Shown one piece after another: positions 24,600 to 37,405 of a stretch of DNA of 64,000 nucleotides (within the stretch, counting starts at the first letter, position 1; each line of letters starts with the position of its first letter). This DNA is from Octopus vulgaris (taxonomy: Eukaryota), in contig OX597822.1 in assembly GCA_951406725.2 (NCBI GenBank), positions 41,354,001 through 41,418,000 of the forward strand. Reading direction: 5' to 3'. The position numbers and the translations under genes were made by a program. The notes beneath the pieces are model-generated. The model was not told where the DNA came from, searched no databases, and worked only from the letters and a program-made list of their open reading frames with translations.

Positions 24600-25630
24600 C
24601 TAAGATTAGCGAAAAGCTCTTGAACTCTGGCGGGAATAAACTTTCCGTGGCAAAAAGAAATAATATTCTCAACGGTTTGACTTTGTCAGAAAAGTTGAGT
24701 TTGTCTAACAAGTCCAGGACATCATCAACGAGAATCCTGACAAGTCAATGAAGGCTATTTCCAATCGTCTCCATGTTTCAGATTCAAATGTGAGACAAGT
24801 AGTGCATGAAGACATCAGCTATAAATCCTATCTTATGAGAAGAGAGCAGTTTATGTTCGATAATACCCGGGAGGAACGTGTCATCCAATCGAAGTGTTGA
24901 CTGAACAAACTCATGCAACCCGAGGAGCCTATCATGCTCTGGTTCTCACATGATAAGAATTTTCTGTAAGATCAAAAAGTGAAGACGAAGAATACCAGGT
25001 AGCTCTGCGCCATCCCCACTGAAGTCCATACTATTGTACACAGCAAGTTCCCGCCGTTTGTGATGGTCTTGGGGGTCGTGAGCAATGAGGGCCATATCAT
25101 GCCTCCTTGATTTCTCGGTAGCCTGCATTAAGACTATGAAGACAGTTGTCAATTTCTCCATTGAGAGAGTTGCTCGGGGTAAGTCATACGCGTTCCTGTA
25201 TGACTCTGTTCCTTTTCACACACATGCACAACACAGAAGTGAATAGATGGAAAATTTTCATGACCATGTTACTCCAACCATTTCAGTTCCTAGCTCACCT
25301 GATTTAAACGCTCTGGATTACAAAGTCTGAGGCATCGTTGAGAGGGAGACCAACAAGTATGGGCACATTACCAATGACTCGTTGATGTCTGCTATTGGAA
25401 ATGTCATAGCCAACATGAATAAATATGAACTGATCGACGCATTTAGTCATTTGAGAAACTGTATCGAGGCAGTAATCGTGGCTGATGGAGGTTTTATTGA
25501 ATAGCCTTCTGTAACGTTTATGTCAGGATATGTGTACCAAATTCTATAAAAATATATTGGTTTTTCTTATAAATATGTTTGTTTTCGTTAAATTCAAATT
25601 ATATTTGCAAATAGATGACGCACGCTATTA
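24600..25630 (+). mobile_element. Decayed DD37D (maT-like) Tc1/mariner element
   Basis: VQDIINENPDKSMKAISNRLHVSDSNVRQVVHEDISYKSY, VMVLGVVSNEGHIMPP, PSSPDLNALDY, IEAVIVADGGFIE* (stop ~25503). Confidence 0.8.
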
Positions 25631-26194
25631 AGCTACATGAATGTGTATACGTTCGTATATTGTGTGCACATCAAAGACGGTCCTCCCAGCTCCTTCTTTC
25701 GCTCATATCTGATTTCCTACCCACGCTTCCGCTTATAGATCAGTGTCTATACATACATTCATACATACATGCACATGCACGCACACACACACACACACAC
25801 GCGCGCATTGCGCGCACACACATTGTACATTATATTATGTAGTAGAAAGGAAATATAGATTCCAAAAGTCCTGTATGGAGAGAGATCCAACTTGAGATAA
25901 AACTGAGCACAATCCATATAAAATGGATTCTCTCAGTTTTACATTTTATATAGACTGGCTAATCGTATACTAATTCGTCTTTCTGTTAGTGTTGTTGTTG
26001 TTGTTGCTGTTGTTATTGTCGTTGTTGTTGTTGTTGTTATTGCTGTGGCTAGTTTCATTACCATTTCTGTTGTTTTCGTTTTAGCTGCTCCTGTCGCAAT
26101 TGTTGTTATTGGTGTATGTTGCGAATTTTCATGTTGCCGCTGTCATTGTCGGCGCTGCTGTTGGCGTTGTTGTTGTTGCTGTTGTTGGTGCCGT

Positions 26195-26231
<37 letters not shown>

Positions 26232-26232
<1 letters not shown>

Positions 26233-26590
26233 CTGAGCGAAGCGGTCTTCGTCCTCTTGGGAGAAGTCCGAAACGTGGTCCTTTGCTATTCGTAAGACCC
26301 GCAGAAGAGAAAGCAGGTCAACCCCCGACACTGAGAGCATCGACGGTTGGATGAATGCACATCCAGGCTCAGCGGTTGCGTAGGAAGTCGGGGACAAGAA
26401 ACAGGAAGAAAGAGTGAGAGAAAGTTGGGGCGAAAGAGTACAACAGGGGTCGCCACCACCCCCTGCCGGAGCCTCGTGGAGCTTTAAGTGTTTTCGCTCA
26501 ATAAACATACACAACGCCCGGTCTGGGAATCGAAACCTCGATCCTCTGACCGCTAGTCCACTGCCCTAACCATCGGACCATTGCGCCTCC
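26232..26590 (-). mobile_element. SINE family C, tail type 1
   Basis: Near-identical reverse complement of 2116-2480, with a (CAG/CAA)n tail. Confidence 0.88.
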
Positions 26591-26681
26591 ACTTGTTGGT
26601 ACTGTTGCCGAATAATGTGAGGGAAGAACAGCATGGAGTGAACACTTGAAAGGAAGAGCTAATATATGAAGGACTATAAGA

Positions 26682-26895
26682 TGGCGAGCTGGCAAAATCG
26701 TTAACGCGCCGGGTAATATGCTTAGCGTCATTTCGTCCGTCTTTACATTCTGAGTTCAAATTCCTCCAAAGTCGACTTTGCATTTCATCCTTTCGGAACC
26801 GATAAAAATAAGTACCAGTCGAGTATCGGGGTCGATGAAATCGACTTGCTCCATCCCATGAAATTGCTAACCTTGAGCCAAAATTTAAAACCAAT
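26682..26895 (+). mobile_element. SINE family B variant
   Basis: GGCGAGCTGGCAAAATCGTTA...GAGTTCAAATTCC..., with an alternative 3' end (AAATTGCT..CCTTG.GCCAAAATTT). Confidence 0.8.
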
Positions 26896-27145
26896 ATATG
26901 ACGGACTTTGGAAATTGTGCGAGACATCAGGATGACAGCATACGGGGGCTTCCAATAGAGGTGGGGTGCGTGAGTTTGTAGCTAGATCTATTAGGTCTTC
27001 TTACTTAATTGCTTCTGATCTTAAGAAAGACAGCATAGCAAAGGTTCATGATCTGAAGGTTGGAGCATAAAATGCCTCGTCATAACAGAAGTAAAGTCAT
27101 ATAAAATGAAAATCAACACTGAGAATGAAAATATAAATTGCCAAA

Positions 27146-27478
27146 GGCGGCGAGCTGGCAGAATCTTTAGCACGCTGGGCGAAATGCTTAGTAGTATTTC
27201 GTCTGCCGTTACGTTCTGAGTTCAAATTCCGCGAGGTCGACTTTGCCTTTCATCCTTTCGGGGTCGATAAATTAAGTACCAGTTACGCACTGGGATCGAT
27301 GTAATCGACTTAATCCGTTTGTCTGTCCTTGTTTGTCCCCTCTGTGTTTAGCCCCTTGTGGGTAGTAAAGAAATAGGTATTTCGTCTGCCGCTACGTTCT
27401 GAGTTCAAATTCGGCCGAGGTCGACTTTGCCTTTCATCCTTTCGGGGTCGATAAACTAAGTACCAGTTGCATACTGTG
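27146..27478 (+). mobile_element. SINE family B, 1.5-mer tandem
   Basis: Full unit, then a restart at internal GGTATTTCGTCTGCC (27194 and 27377). Confidence 0.88.
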
Positions 27479-28302
27479 GTCGAAAAGGAAAAGATAAATT
27501 GCCAATGAGTGGTCAAATAGCTATTGCATGGTGGGAGTGGTTACAGTAAATCTTAGTTTGGTGAAGTGGTGTACAGAGGATTGGAAGGAACGGCGTGCTA
27601 TAGTGTGGACTAAAAAGAGCCCACAAATTCCTTGGTAGCATCAACGTTGTTCAGAACCGGTAGAGGGAGCAACATCATAGGAGGTTACCCTGGGATACCA
27701 TCGGCATGAAAACCAATTAGTAAAAGGCACACAATTGATGTTTAATTTAACGTTCAATGTAGTCAGTCTGTTGTAATAACTGGCGCTCTCTCGCTCTGTT
27801 TCTCTCTCTTTCTCTCTGTGCGCTCTCACTCTCTATTCGTCTGTCTTCTTTCTCTCTCTCCCTCTCTCTCTCTCTCCCCCTCTCTCTCTCTCTCTCTCTC
27901 ACTCGCTTTTTCGTTGTTTTTCTTTATTCCCATGAATATCAATATAATAAATATCTAAATATTTCACCGGCGATTGTAGGGAGGTGGAAGTATTTGACTA
28001 AGTCCTGACGTGAAACTTTAAACAGATTTATCATCATCCCCCCCCGCCACCATCACCACTACCGTCGCCGCCGCCGCTGCCACCAGTATTGATATGTCCG
28101 AATATAGAGCGGAAAAACATTAATAAAGACACTATAACCAGAATATATATCTGAATGATTGGACAATACTGTTCTTGAAATACTGTCATGGCGGCAGCTG
28201 TAATGTTGTTCATTTGGGAAACTATGGAAGCTCACAGTTTACACACATAGCAGCCTTCACTACAACGCTGAAATATGGTCTTTCCATCAAGAAGCGGAAA
28301 CA

Positions 28303-28528
<226 letters not shown>

Positions 28529-29465
28529 TTTCTTTATTTGTCAGTTGGGAAATGGGGGAACATAATCGCTAGAAATAAGAAGCAAGACAAAACAAATATG
28601 TTCAGCCATATTGTTTATCAGTGCGTAGAACAAATGGAAAACAAACATAAACGAGTATTACAAAACGAAAGAAAAGAAAAGAAAACAAAACAAAACTATC
28701 GAGAGAATGTTGTAAGTATTTCTTGGGTGGTAGGCATCATCTGTCTTCCATCACCACCACCACCACCACCATCACCGAATCACTACCGCCATCACCATCA
28801 CTATTGTTGCTGCCACCACCTCCACCAGCTGGCCTTTGAGTGTCTTTAGCAGAGTCCATTCTTACAAGTATTCGGGTGAGGCCCCCCGGTCTGAGAACTT
28901 CATCCCGTCTTCTCATCAGTATCGGAAGCCGTGAGAAAGGGCCATAGACACCCCCACCTTCTCCACTGACTAAATATAATTAATATATTTCCATAGAATA
29001 TATAGCAAATTCTTTGAAGAAGAAGAAAGCAATAATTTAATTAATTCTTAAAACGAAATTTGTGCGACAAGTTTCCCCAACGCGGATCAAATTTCTTAAA
29101 CAGAAACAAGAGACAGAAGCCTTTGATGGACAACATTGCGAGGTTTATAACAAGGATTTCGGTGAAGGCTGCTAAAGATGTAGAAGGGATTTAGGTTAAG
29201 GCTGCCATAAATGAAATAATTCGGTACATAGTTGGAAGTAATTGAGATATATTACGGAAGGGCATCCATAACAATAAAGGAACAGTTTGGGTTGAAGAAG
29301 TTTGAGATAAAGGTTATTCGGTACAGTCCCACGATGGGATCGTTGAAAAACTAAATGTTCAGTTCATGTACGAATTTAAGGTCGATTTTGTGTGTCCTGT
29401 TCACAAAAGTCGATAGTATTATAAATACTATCGAAATAGCTTAACGTGGCTTTGCGCCTTTAAGA

Positions 29466-29530
<65 letters not shown>

Positions 29531-29615
29531 TACTACCACTACTGCTATGGCTGCTACGGCTGCTACTGTTGCTGCTACTACCACTACTATTACTATACCA
29601 CGACTACTATACCTC

Positions 29616-29927
29616 GGAGGCACATGGCCTAGTGGTTAGAGCAGCGGACTCGCGGTCGAGGAATCGCGGGTTCGAATCTCAGACAGGGCGATGTGTGTGT
29701 TTATGAGCGAAACACCTAAGCTCCACGCGGCTCCGGCAGAAGGTAATGGCAGGCTTCTGCTGACTCTTTCGCCACAACTTTCTTTCACTCTTTCTTCCTG
29801 CATCTTGCAGCTCACCTGCGACGGATATGTGTCTTGTCCAGGTGGGGGACCTATACGCCAAGGAAACCAGGAAACCGGCCCTATGAGCTAGGCGTGGCTC
29901 GAGAAGGAACAAACAACAACAACAACT
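29616..29927 (+). mobile_element. SINE family C, tail type 2
   Basis: A-box TGGCCTAGTGG, B-box GGTTCGAATC, tail CCTGCGACGGA...TGTCCAGGTGGGG...GGAAACCGG, then (CAA)n. Confidence 0.88.
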
Positions 29928-29969
29928 ACTATATCACAGCTGCTGTTTATGATGATGACGATGATGATA

Positions 29970-31530
29970 GCAGAGTCGTAAGAGCGTCGAACAAAATGCT
30001 TAGCGGTAAATCTTCTTGAGTTCAATAGCCATCGAAGTTAACTTTTCTTTCCATCCTTTCGGAGTTGATAAAATAAACCCCAATCTAGTAATGGGTCGAT
30101 AGAACTCCTTAACCTCTACCCTTAAAACTGTTGGCTCTATACCACTATTATTACTATTATTATTAGAGTGAAAGCGGCGAGCTGGCAGAATCGTTAGCAC
30201 GCCGGGTGAATTGCTTTGCGCTATTTCGCCCGTCGCTACGTTCTGAGTTCAAATTCCACCGAGATCGACTTTACCTTTCATCCTTTCGGAGTCGACAAAT
30301 TAAGTACCAGTTGCGTACTGGCGTCGATCTAATCGAATGCCCCCCACCTCCCCAAAAATTTCGAGCCTTGTGCCTAGAGTACAAAAGATTATTATTATTG
30401 TTAGAGTGAAGGCGGCAAGCTAGCAGAAACGCTAGCACGCTGGGCGAAATGCCTAGCGGTATTTCGTCTGCCGTTACGTTCTGAGTTCAAATTCCGCCAA
30501 GGTCGACTTTGCCTTTCATCCTTTCGGGGTTGATAATTTAAGTACCGCGTACGCACTGGGGTCGATGTGATCGATTTAATCCCTTTGTCTGTCCTTGTTT
30601 GCCCACTCTATGTTTAACCTCTTGTGGGTAGTAAAGAAATAGGTATTTCGCCCGTCGCTACGTTCTGAGTTCAAATTCCGCCAAGGTTGACCTTGCCTTT
30701 CATCTTTCGGGGTCGATTAAATAAGTACCATTTGCGCACTGGGGTCGATGTAATCGACTTAATCCCTTCCTCAAAATCTGATGCCTTGTGCTTCCAACAG
30801 AAAGGATTATTAGAGTGGTGAATTACTAGACTCGTTATAGCATTGAGCAGACTGTTTTGCGACATTTGGTCCAACTTCTTACATTTCCAGTTCGAATCCC
30901 ACCGAGATCACTTTTATTTTTCAACTTATCGGGGTGAAAAAAAAATGAAGCACCAGTCATGCACTGGGGGTTGATTTAACCGAGAACAGACGAAATACTA
31001 AAAAGCAACGAGGAGGGTCCCACAACAATACAAAACTGATGCGTTGTATTTGAATTTCTGTTGTAGAGGCTATGTGTAACTCATTTTGTTTTATTACGTT
31101 CGATGGTGTCAAGGCGGCGAGCTTACAGAATCGCTAGCACGCTGAGGAAAAAAAAAGCTTACAGGCATTTCGTCTGCTTTTACGTTCTGAGTTCAAATTC
31201 CGCCGAGGTCGACTTTGCATTTCTTCTTTTCGGGGTCGATTAAAATAAAAAAATGAAATACCAGTTGAGTACTGGAATCGCTGAATCGAATTGCCCTCCC
31301 CTCAACTCTACTGGCCTTGTCCAAAAAAAATCAAAAAGAATTCTTTTATTGGGTATTGATCTTGGTATCATTGGCGAAATTAGTAAAGCAGCAAGCAAAA
31401 TGCCCCGGAATATTTAGTTACACCTCTTCACATTCTGAGTTCCAATCTTACAAAGATCATCTTTGCCTTTTCTTAATTTTTTTTTAATACGATAAAGCAC
31501 CAGTTAAGTACTGGCCTCAATCATCTAACC
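29970..31530 (+). mobile_element. Co-oriented cluster of about 6-7 SINE family B copies
   Basis: Heads or B-boxes at ~29970, 30172, 30411 (1.5-mer), ~30850, 31113 and ~31370, of varying divergence. Confidence 0.8.
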
Positions 31531-31540
31531 CCCTTCCACT

Positions 31541-31832
<292 letters not shown>

Positions 31833-31834
31833 TA

Positions 31835-32190
31835 CCATAGAATTTGTTGGAGTTCCTGGAATCTTGCAAGCGTAGCGGGCTTGCTACCTGCAGCCTACGG
31901 TGCCATGTTATTCGTTCTTTTCAGTTACTTTCCTGATTATTCTGGCCGTGCTAGAGAGGCAAAACTTTTGTAACAGTTCTATTGGGTAATCTTTTTTTAT
32001 TTCCTTTATATTCTTCCCCTTGATGCCTTTTGATACTTTTCCCAAGAACCCAATAATAATTAGCACTATCTTCACCTTCTCATTTTCTATAAATGGACTA
32101 TTTCGTACTTAAGAGGGTTGTATCTATCTACATTTTCATCTTCCTCCTTGACTATTCGTGGGTCAAACGGGCATGCAACACAACTATATA
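31835..32190 (-). mobile_element. 3' end of an R4/Dong-like LINE
   Basis: VACPFDPRIVKEEDENVDRYNPLKYEI, KIVLIIIGFLG, LQKFCLSSTARIIRKV, followed by (TAA)n. Confidence 0.75.
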
Positions 32191-32231
32191 ACATATGTGG
32201 TGCATCTTGTCCATCACCACTAGGTCCGATC

Positions 32232-32315
<84 letters not shown>

Positions 32316-32652
32316 TGAGTTACAGAGCGGTGCATGCCATCAAAGTGACACTGTGGTAAAATATACAAAGCCTAGTATATCCATCATGACTACCCAGCTG
32401 ATAAGGGCACATGCATCACAATCATATGTGCGCCACATGGTGATCTCATATCAACATAAACAGCGCATGACCTTGCAGGTGGGGCTCAGTAAAAATTTTC
32501 TTCAGGTCGAGTAGCCTATCCCGCTCAAAAAGTCCATGAACAAGGGTTGTTTGAGGATGATGAACAAAACACCCATGTTTCTGAAGGTGAATTATCCAAA
32601 CCCCAAAGAATTCCTCTTATACATGGCTATGATGCTCCCAACACTACTTCTG

Positions 32653-32715
<63 letters not shown>

Positions 32716-33181
32716 GAGAGTGAAGTGGATGCCATCAAAATGACACTGGGATACAAATATACGAAGCCGCATATACCTATCATGACTACCCGTCTGATAA
32801 GGGTACACCAGACACATGCATCACAACCATATGTGCGCGACATAGCGATCTGAAATCACGATAAACAGTGCATGACCTAGCAGGTGGTACCCAGTTATAA
32901 TTTTCTTCAGGTTGAGTAGCCCATCCTACTCAAAAGGTCCCTGAATAAGATTTGTTGTAAGGATGATGAACAAAACACCCATGTTTCCAGAGGGGAGTTA
33001 TTCAAACCCGAAAGAATTCTTCGCTACACATGGTTATGATGCTCCCCATTACTTCTACTAGTGATCAGGGATGTACATATCGTCAGCCCCTAAGAGACAT
33101 GCTCAACTGGTTAAGGTCAAACAACTGACAAGCAAATCTGTGGTATTGAGCAAAATATTTGCTGTAGCCCGTCTTTTATAC

Positions 33182-33183
<2 letters not shown>
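32316..33183 (-). mobile_element. Two tandem copies of a non-coding retroelement 3' end, each embedded in (TAA)n
   Basis: 32316-32651 aligns with 32716-33058. Both share the same end next to (ATT)n and are truncated to different lengths at the other end. Confidence 0.7.
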
Positions 33184-33226
<43 letters not shown>

Positions 33227-33842
33227 GTATGCATTATTATAAATTGATAACCTTAGATCAAAACAAACCTAATTGTCAGTGTACTCTACGGGTGATTAAT
33301 AAATCTCATGAAATATATTGATTGTTAATTAAAGTTATAAATGTGAATATAAACTATTTGATAAACCAGTAGATTTGTTATTGTTGTTGTTGTTATCGGA
33401 GAGAATTCTAAGTCAGTGACGTCAGTGAAATAAAATAGTAACCATGACAATTATATTAGAAAACGGATTTGTTCAGAGTCTACCAATACATAAATATTAG
33501 TTGATACTAATAGTTCATCTCACACTTTGGAATTATTTCTCAGGAAACCATTTTATAACTATAAAATATCTGTGAGGATATCACGCTGTTACGTCCGTAT
33601 AGCAGAGGTTACACCTCAATGTATATGATAATATAAGAAGATCAATATTTACATAGCTACGAATCAGCAATGTTTATATGCCTATAGTAATACTGACATA
33701 CGGATATTAATGCTTGTATATCTATCTCTATCAATTGTTATATGTCTATATGAATAGCTATATATCCAAAGTAATGGTTATGTATCTATATTAAGGGTTA
33801 GCTCACTATGCTAGTTGTTACACATATCTAGAAGTCACATGA

Positions 33843-34147
33843 TTGTTTGTTCCTTCTCGAGCTATGCCTGGCTCATAAGAGCCGGTTTCCCGGTTTCCTT
33901 GGCGTATAGGTTCCCCACCTGGGCGGGACGCCGGTCCGTCGCAGGTGAGCTGCAAGATGCAGGAGGAAAGAGTGAGAGAAAGTTGGGGCGAGAGAGTCAG
34001 CAGAAGTTCGCCATCAGCTTCTGTCGGAACCGCGTGGAGCTTGGGTTTTTCGCTCTTTAACACATACATCGCCCGGTCTGAGTTTCGAACCCGCGATCCC
34101 TCGACCGCGAGTCCGCTGCTCTAACCACTAGGTCATGTGCCTCCACG
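33843..34147 (-). mobile_element. SINE family C, tail type 2, with 13-bp TSD
   Basis: TSD AGAAGTCACATGA at 33830-33842 and 34148-34160. Confidence 0.92.
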
Positions 34148-34486
34148 AGAAGTCACATGAGAGACTCTATAATAGAAATGCCTCCGGGAACCATGTGAGA
34201 CATGGCGAAGGTGATGTACAGGACCGGTAAGTTCACCGTTATTTTTTTGTTTGTTTCTTTTCTCACTAAAATAGTTTTTAATTATTAATGGTGAGATACT
34301 ACAGATATATTTTCACGGTAAACTTTCCGCGCGGTGGGACTTTCTTCACTATGAATTGATTGCGTTGAGTGAAGTTACCTGTAATCGTGTACAGTGCTTC
34401 CTAGAGGTGAGTAATCGCCGGTTTGTGGCTAGAGCTTAGGGAGCATGATTCTTGGGATGGAGAGAGGAAACACACACAGACACATA

Positions 34487-34524
<38 letters not shown>

Positions 34525-35429
34525 TGCATGTACGTACGCACATGTACTCACATATACACATACACACACAGACATTCAGGTAAACACTTCTTGAGCGGGA
34601 AAAGACTTGCTGCAGCTGCAAAATTTTTGGAGTTTATCAAAGGTGGTAAGAAAAGGTACCGTACCATGTGTAAAACTGAAAGGAAGCTGGGAAAACGTCA
34701 AGCACTTTATGGTAAAAAGAGTAGAGGTCGGCGAACCGGGGTAGATTATCCCGAGTGGGGTAAAAATAAAATCCTTGTTGGTAATAAGGACTCATTAGAC
34801 ATAAGTAAAATTATATAGAAAAACGTATTCCTTGTTACAACAGGAATTTTTCTTCTGGCAGCACTGCATCTGTTCAATGTAATGGACGCGTTTAGAAGAC
34901 GTGACGCCATTTTGTATAACAAACAATTTGGTTGCTAAGGCGTTGTCAAGTGACTAAACAGATATTTTTGTCAGTTATTTATTACCCGCCTTAACCTTAA
35001 TTTTTTACTCACTTGTTTTTGCTTTATTTAAGTAGATTTAAGTAGTTATTCAATTCGACCCTTTAATAAAAGGGATTGGACCCCGAAGACTGAATCCAAA
35101 TTGCTCCAATTTTGATGTAATTGTAGCAAAAATGAAACATCACTTCTCCAAAACCTGAAGTGAAAAGTTTCTAGAAAAATCCTTTTGTTTCATAATGATG
35201 ATATTAATTTATTCTATCGCGTTTGTTTAATACTTTTTATATTTATAATTGAATCCTCCATGTAAATAGATTCAACAAACCTTTTGAATTCAAAGAATCT
35301 ATGATTTTCTTCCTTTCGAATCAAGGGGGTAACGTTGGTGTAAATAAATATATTTTGGGGGGTAATTGGTTAAAAAGGTTCCCCAAACCCCTGCCGCAGA
35401 CGTAGCAAAATCAATAAGGATCATCGTGG

Positions 35430-35645
35430 TGAAACAAAGACTCCATCGATAGAATAACTTCCACATCTGGTGAAACTGCAACGTCTGGTGAAACTGCAAC
35501 GTCTGGTGAAACTGCAAATGTAAACAGCATGGTAACCAAGGAATTTCCCCTGATCCTTAAGAACATTATCGAGTGTGACACCTACCTCATCCAACATATA
35601 TTTAAGGTTGAAGAAACAGGCATTTTCTGGAAAAGAATACCATGC
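35430..35645 (+). pseudogene. pogo/Tigger transposase relic
   Basis: SGETANVNSMVTKEFPLILKNIIECDTYLIQHIFKVEETGIFWKRIP resembles Tigger xGEAASAD...QIFNxDETGLFWKRMP. Confidence 0.75.
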
Positions 35646-36122
35646 AGCATTTACTACATAGCAACCAATAACAAAAAATAATTCTTACTCCAGAATCACA
35701 ATGTGTCACGTCGCACTGCGTGAGGTTATCTACAGTTATTAAGAGTTGGCAATGTGCTACAGTATCTGCATTTGTCAGTCGTTTGGTGAGGTTTATCGCA
35801 TTCACACGTAGTTGTATTACTGCAAACATTCGCCAGTTAGGCTAATGTCTATAGATATGATCTTACAATGATCCTGCATCACGGGGTTTAGTTTGACACT
35901 ACATTTTAGAAATGAAGCTAGAAAATAAATCAAAGTATTAACGCTTGTGTGTATGTATGTATGTATGTACGTAGATAAATCCAGTGCAAGCTGGTATTAT
36001 TTTAATTCTCAATCCGTTGAATTGTTAATGGGCGATTTCGTATATGTTTTTTCTACATGTATACTTAAGTATCTCTTATTGTTAAAAAATCATATTACAA
36101 TATGGAATAAATAATACCGACA

Positions 36123-36261
36123 TATTATTTACATTTGACGGATATTTGTCCTCATCTTGTTTGTTGTTAACACAACGTTTCGGCTGATATACCCTCCAGC
36201 TTTCATCAGGTGTCTTGGGGAAATTTCGAGCCTGGGTTCTCATTTCTAAGGTATTTTTAGA

Positions 36262-36294
<33 letters not shown>

Positions 36295-36465
36295 CATTAT
36301 TATTATTATTATTATTCAGGTCACTGCTTGGAATCGAACTCGGAATCTTAGGTTTAGTATCCCGCGCTCTTAACCACTACGCCAAACAAGATGAGAACAA
36401 ATATCCGTCAAATGTAAATAATGTAAATAATGTACATAATTCTTCAGCTCTTAAATATAGAACTG
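36123..36465 (-). mobile_element. tRNA-headed SINE with hammerhead motif and inverted terminal duplication
   Basis: A-box TGGCGTAGTGG (36384-36374), B-box GAGTTCGATTCC (36341-36330), (TAA)n spacer, hammerhead 36169-36214. The segment from 36384 is an inverted copy of 36123-36162 extended to 36465. Confidence 0.75.
36169..36214 (-). ncRNA. Minimal type I hammerhead ribozyme motif
   Basis: GACAC-CUGAUGA-AA-GCUG(GAGGGUAUAU)CAGC-C-GAAACGUU-GUGUU: stem I GACAC/GUGUU, intact core, stem II, loop-less palindromic stem III. Confidence 0.7.
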
Positions 36466-36506
36466 AAATAATACCGATGTTTTCCAGTTTCCAACACACA
36501 CACATA

Positions 36507-36730
36507 CGTGGGAGTGGGTGCTGAAAAGTTCCTGCCCTTAAGAGTTTTGCGAAAGGCCTGGTTGGAGGCCCAACCTTCTGAGTTTTTTTACAGGGCTTAG
36601 AAAATTTGAAAGGACAGCTGCAATAAGTGTGTGAATCTGAGAGAGGAATTATGTTGAATAAAATCATAATTAACTGATTCACCTAATTTTTCTTTTACCC
36701 AAAGCCAGGAACTTTTCAGCTCCCTCCTCG
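36507..36730 (+). mobile_element. mariner-derived MITE
   Basis: TA-flanked, TIR cores GCTGAAAAGTTCCTG / CAGGAACTTTTCAGC, internal C-terminal relic GLENLK..CNKCVNLR..NYVE*. Confidence 0.8.
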
Positions 36731-36777
36731 TACATATATGTAAACATATACATATGTACATATACAGAACCTGGTTT

Positions 36778-36918
36778 TCCGTCGGTTACGATGACGTGTG
36801 TCCAAGCCGATCTGATCAACCGAACAGCCTGCTCGAGAAATTATCGTGCAAGTGACTAAAGCACTCCATAGACACGCCCACCCTTAACGTAGTTCTCAGG
36901 GAGATTCAATGTGGCACA
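36778..36918 (-). mobile_element. SINE 3' fragment related to the 49672 copy
   Basis: Shares GAATCTCCCTGAGAACTACGTTAAGGGT...GGAGTGCT...CACTTGCACG with 49821-49885. Confidence 0.7.
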
Positions 36919-36921
36919 CAC

Positions 36922-36922
<1 letters not shown>

Positions 36923-36988
<66 letters not shown>

Positions 36989-37060
36989 TATAGATAGATA
37001 GATAGATAGATAGATAGATGGAGGGATGGCGGGATGGATGGATGGATGAATGGATGGATG

Positions 37061-37137
<77 letters not shown>
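36923..37137. repeat. (GATA)n/(GGAT)n microsatellite
   Basis: Direct. Confidence 0.95.
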
Positions 37138-37364
37138 TCAGACAGACATGGAGGGAGAAACGGAAAGAAGAAACGGAGAAAGATGATTAAAGAGTGATAG
37201 AGAAAGTGATAAAGTTATGAGGGAAAGGAGGGTTGTTTGAAATGAGTGATTAACCTTTTGCCCTACTATGTGAATGTCACGGAAAACGAGCCTCCAGCAA
37301 AGAGGAGGAGGGTCATATGACATTTGGGTGGGGGCGGTGTAAATATGTATGTGTAAGAGCGTAT

Positions 37365-37405
<41 letters not shown>

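Noticed and set aside
29616-29690. Bona fide tRNA genes at SINE heads
   Set aside because: A/B boxes are present, but the acceptor and anticodon stems pair poorly and each continues into a SINE body.
34224-34385. Small element with GGTAAGTTCACCG / GTGAAGTTACC inverted ends
   Set aside because: Probably a decayed MITE, but its ends and TSD cannot be defined.
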